Positions 11,115 through 19,268 of a DNA stretch of 64,000 bases are shown in pieces (the first letter of the stretch is position 1; each line of letters begins with the position of its first letter). Source of the DNA: Nemertoderma westbladi. Taxonomy: Eukaryota > Animalia > Xenacoelomorpha. A program made the translations under genes and the position numbers. Under the pieces are notes generated by a model that was given only the letters and a program-made list of their open reading frames with translations, made no database searches and was not told the origin of the DNA. The stretch covers positions 62,001-126,000 of the forward strand of contig JAUCBJ010001416.1 of NCBI GenBank assembly GCA_032718475.1. Reading direction: 5' to 3'.

Positions 11115-14100
11115 TTATAAACGCACAGGTGGTTTTCTGCGCCTAGAGGGATATCTGCGGGGTTGTGCTGGGCTCGTGTGGGCTTGGACCAGCTGGTGGT
11201 CCCATGTGACAGTTTTAGGTGGCCGGGATGAGTCAATGTCTGCCGCGGCCGCTGGTGTATTGGCCAGGAGTTTGGCATCGCCGGAAGACCCTGGGAAGGA
11301 GGTGTCACGGAGTAGGAACAGACGATTCCGGGTGATGGTGCGGCCGGAGGGGGTCCGGACCGTGAGTTTCCGGTGGTGTCCAGCCTCTACAACCGTACCC
11401 TTGCGGTTCCACCGCTTGGTACGGGGGTCCTGGAAGAGGACCGGGTCGCTGACTGCAAGGGGAGGAAGGTTGTGAGCCGCTTTATTGTAGTTGGTGACTC
11501 GGGCAGCGTGTAATGCTGGGGAGACCTCGTCCAGGCGCCGCCTAGCGGCCTGGTGGTCTGATTTGAAGGCACTATGGTGCGCGGGAATGCGTGTTCGTAG
11601 TGGGTGCCCGTAAAGGATCTGGGACGGCGAGAATCCGCTCTCACGTGGGCTGTTACGGAGGGCCAGGAGACCCTCAGTGAAAGCTGCCGAATTTGGGGAC
11701 CCTCCCGTTTTGCTTAGGAGGCCTTTGAGGGCCTTTACCGTGGCCTCAGCATGACCATTACCCTGGGGGTATTCCGCAGATGAGGTAACCGGGGTAACGC
11801 CCCACTCACGTAGGAAGTCGGTAGTTGTGGCGGCTGTGAGTGGTGTTCCGCCGTCTGAGCGGAGCCGGGTAGGGATGCCGTATCGAATAAACCACTGGCG
11901 GAGGGCGTTGGTGGTTTGAATGGCATTTGGAGGACTTGGGAAGGTATATAGCTCCGGCCAGCCACTGTAGCGGTCCGCCATAGCGAGGAAGTGGCGACCA
12001 TTGAGGGAGAAGAAGTCTGCAGAGACGTCCTCGAACACGCGGGTGGGTGGGGGTTCCTCCAGGAATGGTTCTTTGGGCGGGGTCGCCCGGTGACGTAAAC
12101 AGGATGGGCAGCTGGCCACTGATGTCCTGACGTCATTGGTGAGCCCGTGCCAGTAGACGCACTGCCGGGCTCGTCGCAGCGATTTATCAACGCCTTGGTG
12201 AGGAGTGTGGAGGCGTTCCAGAGTAGTCTGGCGTGCTGCTGCGGGGATAATAAGACGCTGGCCGTAGAGAACTAGGTCACCGTCTGTGGTGAGTGACTCT
12301 CGAATCGACCAATAAATGCCCACTGCGGGGTCATTACGCGAAGTGGGGGGGAAACCGGTCTGAACCGCGGTGTGGAGAGCCACATAGTGTGGGTCCTCCC
12401 TGGCAACCACTGAAAGTTCTGCGAGGACAGGGTCCTCCAGATGGTCGTCCCCGGCGATGGAGGAGACGGTACCGAGAGTGACGGTGCGGAGGTGGAAAGC
12501 GGTTTCACCATCTTCCACAAGGTCCGCAGTGGTGGGCTGGTCCACGGGGGAACGTGACAGCGCATCGGGAATGGCATGGTCCTTGCCGCGGCACCACGTG
12601 GTGGTGAAAATGTAGGGGGCGAGTTTCGACTTTAGCCGTTGTATGCGGGAGTTGTCGACGTCGCTGTAACCTTTGGTGTTAAGAATGCTCACCAATGGCT
12701 GGTGGTCGGTGACCAGCTGAAAGTGTGGGAGCCCGAGGAGGAAAGTGCGGCATTTGGTAACCGCCCAGACAACGGCCAAGAGTTCGAGTTCGATTGTGGC
12801 GTACCGTGACTCGGTGTCGCTTGTGAAGCGGGATCCACATTCGATAAGTTTCCACTCGGTATCGTGGAGTTGTAGGAGCGCGTAGCCCAGTCCTTTGAGG
12901 CGGGAAGCGTCCGTAACAAGGCGAGTTTCGTGTGATGTGTCGAATGGAGCCAGGACTGGAGGCGAAGTGAGAGCGTTTTTGGTCGCGACAAATGCTCGTT
13001 CATGGTCGCTGGTCCATATGTATTGAGATTTAATGCTGAGGAGTGGTCGGAGTGGGAGTATTGACTCGGCAATGGATGCGGAGAACGGAGCCAATTGCTC
13101 CACAAGGCCCACAAAGCTCCGCAGGTCAGTGAGATTATCCGGTCGTGGAAAGCAGGCGATGGCCTTGAGTTTGTTCGGATCAGCGCGGATGCCGTCGGCC
13201 CCAACTAGGAAGCCACCGAACTTGACTTCGTGTTGAGCGAGTTGCACTTTAGCGGGGTGTAGACAGATACCGCTGGTCCGGCATCGCTCGAGGAATCGCT
13301 GGATACTATTGAGGTGTTCCTCCAGTGTATTGTCAAATAGAAGAACGTCGTCAACTATTTTAACCATCCGCGGAAGTCCTCGGAGCGCGTCGTCGCCCCG
13401 GCGGTTGAACTCGTCCCCGGACGAGATTAGGCCCATTACACTGCGGAGGTGTTTATACCGGCCCCATGGAGTGAGGAATGTGGTAAGCGCCTGGGATTCC
13501 TCGTCCAAGGGCACCTGCCAATATCCATGGGCGGCATCGAAAACGGAGAAATATCGCGCAGTACTGGCGACCTCCGCGACAGCAATTCGTGGATTTGGCG
13601 TCGGGTAAAATGGTCGCTTTACCTGGGAGTTCAGGTGACGGAGGTCCACACACAACCGTAATTTCCCGCTAGGTTTCCGTGCGACTGTTAGCGGGTGAGC
13701 CCAATCGGTGGGTTCATCCACCCGCTGGATGACTCTCCGGCGTTCGAGGTCGTCCAGTAGAACCTTAACCTCGTTTCGGAGTGCGAAAGGGATCGGTCGG
13801 ACGCCGTTAACGTGGTAAGGTGTGGCGCCATCCTTGAGATCGATGTGCATTGGGGGTCCGGGGATAGTGGAGAGAGGGACGGCCTCGTCGTCGAACACAT
13901 CCGCAAACTTATCAAGGAGTATGGTTGGGTTTAGCACCGGTCCGGATTGTGGTGCATGTGGAGTGGCGGTGGCTGGTTTGGCAGCCTGGATGTGGGACGC
14001 TAAGTTCCATCTGGCGGAATGATTGTGACCTCGCGAGTTCGGTGTAGGAAAGTTGGACGGGAGAATCCCTAAGTCCATGCACACCGCCTTACTAAGGATT

Positions 14101-15701
14101 AATCCTTCAGTTTCTGGGGAGATTACGATTTCCGTCGTTGTTCGTGATTCTCCGCATTTGATAGTGGCCGGGTAGCGGCCTCTTGTTTGGATGGGCAGTC
14201 CGTCTGCTGCCACCAAATCTAGGTCCGAGGAGGGAAGCAGAGATGTGTCGAGGCCCCCCAACTTGTGATAAAGATCCTCGTTGAGGATTGAAGCAGCCGC
14301 GCCGCTGTCCGGTAGCGCGCGGTGAATGGTACCCAGAATGTCGCCGGTTCCGGATTTGGACAGACCCACAGAAACGTAGTCCAGTTGGCAAACGGCAGCC
14401 CGGTACTGGAGGTGATTCACGGAATTGCGGGGGAGAACTGTATGTGTTTTTGCATTTTTGGGAATGGATCCGCCGGACCTGCATACGGTGTGGAAGTGCC
14501 CGATCTTCCCGCATCGATGACATTCGATATCGCGGGCAGGGCAGGAAGCCCTGTTGGGGGCATGTGGGTGGCCGCAATTGCCACAGTTTTTGCGGCGGTC
14601 CCCGCTGGGGGTTTGGTTTCTCCTGTATTGTTGTTGACCCGCTGAGGAGCCGGGTTTCTGGTATCCGGGATTAGGATTTCCGTTACGCATAGGGGAGCGA
14701 CCCCGCTGTTGTTGGTACCGTGAAACTTTGGCGATGGAGCGGGTACCACCCAGGATGGACTGGTTTTTTCCGCTGGCCTCCCAACTCTGGCATATTTTTA
14801 TGCAGTCCTCGAGGGTGGGTTGGGGAAGTACCTTCAACAGTTCGGTTTGGGTTTCGGCGGAATTTAGTCCGACCAGAATCTGTGTCACGATTTGGTTTTC
14901 TCTGCAGTGGTTGCAGAGTTCGGCGTTATCCGCTAATTCCACCAACGAGACGTGGAACGCGTCAAAGGGTTCCTGGGGCCCCTGTCGACGTTTATGGAAT
15001 GCGAGGCGGTCCAAGGCGATGCTCCGTTTGGAGCGGAGGTGGGCCTGCAGTCCATCGAGAATTCGTTCGGTGGTTGTATCGACGCTGTTCAGGTCGATGT
15101 GGAGGGTGACTGACACGACCTCCTGTAGGTCAGAACCGAGGGCAGAGATAAGGGCGTAAACTTGCTCCCCACGCGGGTAAGTTTCCGCCTGCTGGCGACG
15201 TCCATTAACATCCCAGCTTTTCCGCCAACGGCGGAAAGCGGGCAGGTCGACGGTAGTGTCGAGTCTGTCAAGGTTTGTGACGTCGATGAGACGCCGTCGG
15301 TTTACCGGTGCAGCGGCGGCGGCTGCTCCGGCGGCAGGTTCAACTGCTGGATCAACTGGGTTAGGGCGACCCAGTTGGGCAAGGAGGTCCATTAACCGGG
15401 CGTCGGATCGGGCCTGTTGCTCCGCCATGCGGACCTCGGTCTGCTCGAGAACCGCAGCCAGGCGAGCATCCGAGTCCGCCTGTTGTTTAGCGAGGATCAT
15501 CGCGAAATCCGGAGTACGTGGGACCGTGGGGGTGTCGTCCGATATTGTTGCGATTAAACGTTTGCGGAGGTTTAGGGTGGAAGTTCGGCCGTCGTAATGA
15601 ACTCCGGCGTCAGCACAATACTGTAGCAGCGACTGACGGTCCAGCTGCTGTATTTCCTCCGGGGTGAGGTCCAGCCATTCGGTGTCGCCGGCGACCGACA
15701 T
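11115..15701 (-). CDS. Gypsy Gag-Pol polyprotein, 1528 aa, apparently intact
   Basis: Two zinc knuckles (CGNCGHPH..C, CHRCGKIGHFHTVC); protease ALPDSGA; RT LRLCVDLRHLN, DAAHGYWQ, IVDD; RNase H TDAS, IELELLAV, VTDHQPL; integrase HTPHQG..CPSC, SADFF, RSDGG, NGHAEATVK. Confidence 0.95.
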   Translation of the reverse strand: MSVAGDTEWLDLTPEEIQQLDRQSLLQYCADAGVHYDGRTSTLNLRKRLIATISDDTPTVPRTPDFAMILAKQQADSDARLAAVLEQTEVRMAEQQARSDARLMDLLAQLGRPNPVDPAVEPAAGAAAAAAPVNRRRLIDVTNLDRLDTTVDLPAFRRWRKSWDVNGRRQQAETYPRGEQVYALISALGSDLQEVVSVTLHIDLNSVDTTTERILDGLQAHLRSKRSIALDRLAFHKRRQGPQEPFDAFHVSLVELADNAELCNHCRENQIVTQILVGLNSAETQTELLKVLPQPTLEDCIKICQSWEASGKNQSILGGTRSIAKVSRYQQQRGRSPMRNGNPNPGYQKPGSSAGQQQYRRNQTPSGDRRKNCGNCGHPHAPNRASCPARDIECHRCGKIGHFHTVCRSGGSIPKNAKTHTVLPRNSVNHLQYRAAVCQLDYVSVGLSKSGTGDILGTIHRALPDSGAAASILNEDLYHKLGGLDTSLLPSSDLDLVAADGLPIQTRGRYPATIKCGESRTTTEIVISPETEGLILSKAVCMDLGILPSNFPTPNSRGHNHSARWNLASHIQAAKPATATPHAPQSGPVLNPTILLDKFADVFDDEAVPLSTIPGPPMHIDLKDGATPYHVNGVRPIPFALRNEVKVLLDDLERRRVIQRVDEPTDWAHPLTVARKPSGKLRLCVDLRHLNSQVKRPFYPTPNPRIAVAEVASTARYFSVFDAAHGYWQVPLDEESQALTTFLTPWGRYKHLRSVMGLISSGDEFNRRGDDALRGLPRMVKIVDDVLLFDNTLEEHLNSIQRFLERCRTSGICLHPAKVQLAQHEVKFGGFLVGADGIRADPNKLKAIACFPRPDNLTDLRSFVGLVEQLAPFSASIAESILPLRPLLSIKSQYIWTSDHERAFVATKNALTSPPVLAPFDTSHETRLVTDASRLKGLGYALLQLHDTEWKLIECGSRFTSDTESRYATIELELLAVVWAVTKCRTFLLGLPHFQLVTDHQPLVSILNTKGYSDVDNSRIQRLKSKLAPYIFTTTWCRGKDHAIPDALSRSPVDQPTTADLVEDGETAFHLRTVTLGTVSSIAGDDHLEDPVLAELSVVAREDPHYVALHTAVQTGFPPTSRNDPAVGIYWSIRESLTTDGDLVLYGQRLIIPAAARQTTLERLHTPHQGVDKSLRRARQCVYWHGLTNDVRTSVASCPSCLRHRATPPKEPFLEEPPPTRVFEDVSADFFSLNGRHFLAMADRYSGWPELYTFPSPPNAIQTTNALRQWFIRYGIPTRLRSDGGTPLTAATTTDFLREWGVTPVTSSAEYPQGNGHAEATVKALKGLLSKTGGSPNSAAFTEGLLALRNSPRESGFSPSQILYGHPLRTRIPAHHSAFKSDHQAARRRLDEVSPALHAARVTNYNKAAHNLPPLAVSDPVLFQDPRTKRWNRKGTVVEAGHHRKLTVRTPSGRTITRNRLFLLRDTSFPGSSGDAKLLANTPAAAADIDSSRPPKTVTWDHQLVQAHTSPAQPRRYPSRRRKPPVRL

Positions 15702-15750
15702 CGTATCAGCTGCTGGAGTCTATATTGATCCCCGGCGGATCGTAGATAGA

Positions 15751-15766
15751 GCTACTCGCAGCGCCA
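15751..15766 (-). promoter_or_regulatory. Primer-binding site, tRNA-Ser-like
   Basis: TGGCGCTGCGAGTAGC directly follows the 5' LTR and resembles the complement of a tRNA-Ser 3' end. The tRNA identity is inferred from memory. Confidence 0.7.
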
Positions 15767-16015
15767 TGTAGTAAAGTAATAATATATCAGCATATCTGGC
15801 TGTATAATATATAAGTGCCAACGTACAGAAGTGCAAATGTATCCCGGTAATGCATGCAGTACTGATGCATGCAGTACGGAGATATACCCCAGGCCAAACT
15901 ATATAATAATACCGTAATACTGCAGTTTGTGGTGAGTCCTATATATCAGTAGTCCCATGGCCTATGTATATGGGGCGAGCCATATAATATAGTCTGAAGT
16001 CCTGATGTCACTACA
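15767..16015 (-). repeat. Gypsy 5' LTR (249 bp)
   Basis: TG...CA termini with a 6-bp inverted repeat; direct repeat of 10952-11087. Confidence 0.92.
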
Positions 16016-16045
16016 ACTACCAATACATCGAGTGCAAGTGAAGGA

Positions 16046-18049
16046 ATGAGTGTTGACGACATTGCAACTTTATCATCAGTTAGCCGCAATAGGCAGCTAA
16101 TTAATACCCCTCGCCGTAACAAAAAACGACTTGGTCGCCCGAGGGTAGGTACAAAGATCGTAACCTGTCGGATTAGTGTTGACACTGGCAATGGATCTCA
16201 ATTGCTCAGAAGTCCGATGGGGGCATCAAATCTAGTTCGACTGCAACTTCAAATGAATCTGCCAATGAATGAAATTAGGGATTTCATTGTTAACAAAGTA
16301 TTTCCTGATGGAATTTGCAACACCCTAAAAAAATTCAACAAACCCTACATGAAGGATGAATATATATTTACTGCCATTGATTCTTTAGATGATAGTGTTG
16401 AGAGCTATACAAACCTCAATCATTATATAGAAGAACGTTGTATTGTAGGTATGCCTAAAATTAATATAATTTGTAGACTGAAACGTGAGGATATCTCAAC
16501 AACCTCTATCGATATTCAACCATCTGATGGTAACGAATCATGTGACAAGAACATCAACCCTCGAGAACTACCATTGAGGCGTCTAATATGTCCAGAATGT
16601 GGAACATCTCGGCCGAGAGACGAAATGTATTGTTTTCGCTGCTGCACACTCGCAGACTTTGAGGAATCAGAACAAATAGATGCGGCCAAGATTCTGGATG
16701 TCGATGATATTGATGAAGTTGAAGAGGTTCCTCCAGAGGAACAAAAAGAAGATAATCCGGATCCTCTACCACTGATTGAACATGTCAGGAATTTACGTGC
16801 ACAACATTTTAATTTTGAGATACAGCCACCCAGTAGTGATTCTTCTCCAATTCTTGAAGTTCAAGAGCCTTCACAATATATAGTTGTGAGTGATAATGCA
16901 GACCTCCACACCTTTGAAGTCGACAGCACGGATTTCAAGGGCACTATTTCAAAGACTTATGATTCTTGGAAGGTTGCAAATCCATCCCACACTGTGATCG
17001 AGGTGCCGCGATGTCAACTGTCTGACAACCTTTATGAGTTTCTAGAAACTGATGATATTACTTCTCCAGTAGTGATGGTAAAGTTTATAGGTGAATTGGC
17101 AGTGGACACCGGTGGTCCCCTAAGAGAGTTATTTTCGCTGTTTTTCTCTACCCAACCGCCGATGTTATTTCGGGGAGTGTATCCGAACTTCCTCTTTCGG
17201 CACAATCAATGTGAATTGGATAAATACCATAATCTGGCCATAATTAATGGTGAAGCCGGACCACACTGTTTTAGCCAATCAACTGCCCGGGCGATAATGA
17301 ATTTACCAATTTATCCAGATTTAAATGAAATCCCTCAGGATGAAGAGTGTTTACAAAAACTAGCATCCCTGAACTTGGCAGACACAGCTGAATCGTTTAC
17401 TCGTTGCTTGGCTGATTTACCAGAACGCTTCGATATGGGAATTAATAATGCTAATATACCATTTGAGGATAAAACAAAGGTGGTTCAATTACTCACACGC
17501 CACATTGTCTACTGTTCTGTCTCAGAAGAAATTGCCTGCTTTCGGGAAGGCCTCAAGTCATATGATGTTTATTATATAATGACGTCATTTCCTGAAGAAA
17601 GCTGTAAGTTACTTGCCCATCGCGAGGTCACCTACGAGGAAGTTAAGCTGTGCTTTGTACCAAACTACTTCAGTACAGAACGATCGCGAGAGCGTGAAAA
17701 GGAGACGACGATTACATTTAAATTTTACCAGTTTTTAAAACGAGTCGGTAAACAGGAGTTATCAACAGTTGTTGTTGATGATGGTGGAGATTCTCGTACT
17801 GTTGTTCTATCTCTGGGAGATATATTGCAATTCGGTAGCGGTTCACGATATCCAACCTTTCAAGGGGAGGGTCGCATAGAATTTGATCGAACGGATGTGG
17901 GTGATACTGGAAGACGCGTGCGAGCGGATACATGTGGAAAAGTTATTCGATTTCCATTAAACGATCGCTATATACTGCCATCGGCCAAAGAATTTGCTGA
18001 AATATTGTTCGATGATATTCTTAACAGTAAAGAATTTGGAATGCCTTAA
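16046..18049 (+). CDS. Intronless HECT-domain E3 ubiquitin ligase (G2E3-like), probably transposon-borne and possibly 5'-truncated by the Gypsy element
   Basis: VKFIGELAVDTGGPLRELFS, GPHCFS, FREGLKSYDV, DILQFGSGS and a catalytic-Cys motif RADTCGKVIRFP. Upstream zinc ribbon CPEC..CFRC. The reading frame is open back to the LTR junction. Confidence 0.8.
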   Translation: MSVDDIATLSSVSRNRQLINTPRRNKKRLGRPRVGTKIVTCRISVDTGNGSQLLRSPMGASNLVRLQLQMNLPMNEIRDFIVNKVFPDGICNTLKKFNKPYMKDEYIFTAIDSLDDSVESYTNLNHYIEERCIVGMPKINIICRLKREDISTTSIDIQPSDGNESCDKNINPRELPLRRLICPECGTSRPRDEMYCFRCCTLADFEESEQIDAAKILDVDDIDEVEEVPPEEQKEDNPDPLPLIEHVRNLRAQHFNFEIQPPSSDSSPILEVQEPSQYIVVSDNADLHTFEVDSTDFKGTISKTYDSWKVANPSHTVIEVPRCQLSDNLYEFLETDDITSPVVMVKFIGELAVDTGGPLRELFSLFFSTQPPMLFRGVYPNFLFRHNQCELDKYHNLAIINGEAGPHCFSQSTARAIMNLPIYPDLNEIPQDEECLQKLASLNLADTAESFTRCLADLPERFDMGINNANIPFEDKTKVVQLLTRHIVYCSVSEEIACFREGLKSYDVYYIMTSFPEESCKLLAHREVTYEEVKLCFVPNYFSTERSREREKETTITFKFYQFLKRVGKQELSTVVVDDGGDSRTVVLSLGDILQFGSGSRYPTFQGEGRIEFDRTDVGDTGRRVRADTCGKVIRFPLNDRYILPSAKEFAEILFDDILNSKEFGMP

Positions 18050-18399
18050 ATTGAACCGTTTCTTGTAGATACTGTAGTAACAACTCATATTGTATGTATG
18101 TATATATACTGTTTTAGTGTTATTTTCCGTTTGTTATAGTTATAGTTGCATTTTGAAATTGATTCAAGTTTACTTCAAGATCCTTATCGTTTTTTATCAT
18201 AATGCATATCTGATACAGCAGAGTAAAATTAATTATTATTTAATACTGTAGTACATAATTATGTTGTATTTAAAACGACCTTAAATAATAATTAAGTTAC
18301 TCTGCTGTATAAAGTTTATACACTTTTTGTTGTTACTAATTTTTAGTGTTGATAACTAGGAATAATATGTAACGGATTGATTGGTTTTAATGAATTTAA

Positions 18400-18556
18400 T
18401 TCGCGCCAGACTAACTCCCCAGCGTGAACTACCCAACCCTTTTCTTTATCGCTTTACGTAACTTGCGCACCGAAATTGTAACTGGCACAGCACGGGATCG
18501 AACCCGGGACCTCACAGCTATATGCAAAAAGCGAGTGACCCCTGCGCCAGCTATCT
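18400..18556 (-). mobile_element. tRNA-derived SINE-like sequence
   Basis: Minus-strand A-box TGGCGCAGGGG (18549-18539) and B-box GGTTCGATCCC (18504-18494) with tRNA-like spacing. No clean cloverleaf. The 3' boundary is uncertain. Confidence 0.5.
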
Positions 18557-18582
18557 GGAACGAACAAAAGATATTTATTAAT

Positions 18583-18864
18583 TTAAGGAACATATATATT
18601 GTAATTGTAAAGCAACGTTTGTTGCATCTGTCTGTATCCCGACGTAGTTCCTTTAGTATGAAGTTCATTCCTAATAGCAAGACAGACGTCGTCGAAATTG
18701 TTAGGATTGTATCGTCTAATTAATCCCAAATCTGCCAACAACCTTCGTACGGATCTTGTGGATGTTTCAATGCCATCTTTAGAAAGTAAAGACTTTATTT
18801 CTTGGTGCGAAAATCCACACCAATAATAGTTAGTCAACTTTTCATTCAAGTTATATGATGCCAT
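18583..18864 (-). pseudogene. N-terminal helix-turn-helix fragment of an IS3EU-like DDE transposase; catalytic core missing
   Basis: YYWCGFSHQEIKSLLSKDGIETSTRSVRRLLADLGLIRR...VCLAIRNELHTKGTTSGYRQMQQTL matches the usual N-terminus of eukaryotic IS3-like integrases. The ORF stops before the DDE domain. Confidence 0.7.
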
Positions 18865-18984
18865 AATATTATGAAATGTAGGCCTACTGAAATGTGGTAG
18901 AACACAAATGAAAATGAAAATTATTATGACTCCTTTCTGCATGTTAATGTTGGATGGACTGAACAGCGGATTTCAAAAATTAAG

Positions 18985-19204
18985 TAGAATAAAATTAATA
19001 CATTTATCTGAGATGAAATTAAATATACTTTTCTGAAATGAAATTATTTACATTTTTATTCGAAATCAAATTAAATACATTTATTTGAAATGAAATTAAA
19101 TACATTTTTTGAAATGAAATGAAATTACATTTATTTGAAATGAAATTATATACATTTATTGAAATGAAATTATTTTTTTTAGGTTTTTTTCTGAAATGAC
19201 CATA
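18985..19204 (-). repeat. Subterminal ~25-bp tandem repeats and TATGG terminus of the IS3EU-like transposon
   Basis: About 7 copies of GAAATGAAATTAAATACATTTATTT. The element end reads TATGGTCATTTCAG on the minus strand from 19204. Confidence 0.6.
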
Positions 19205-19268
19205 ACTGCTTTTTGGCCGCAATCAGCCACGGTAACATCAGGCTAAAAAACTAATTTCCCCGTGGAGT

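Larger units (their letters stand above)
10952..16015 (-). mobile_element. Ty3/Gypsy LTR retrotransposon, Mag-like
   Basis: LTRs TGTAGT...ACTACA at 10952-11087 and 15767-16015. Primer-binding site (PBS) TGGCGCTGCGAG follows the 5' LTR. Polypurine tract (PPT) GAAGGGGGG precedes the 3' LTR. Single gag-pol ORF in PR-RT-RH-IN order. Confidence 0.95.

Noticed and set aside
11077-15597. Many short overlapping or antisense ORFs within the Gypsy element (likewise within the BEL elements and THADA)
   Set aside because: Shadow ORFs of long coding sequence with no independent motifs.
18483-18556. Functional tRNA gene
   Set aside because: A and B boxes are present but the D and anticodon arms do not form convincingly. 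Treated as a SINE head.
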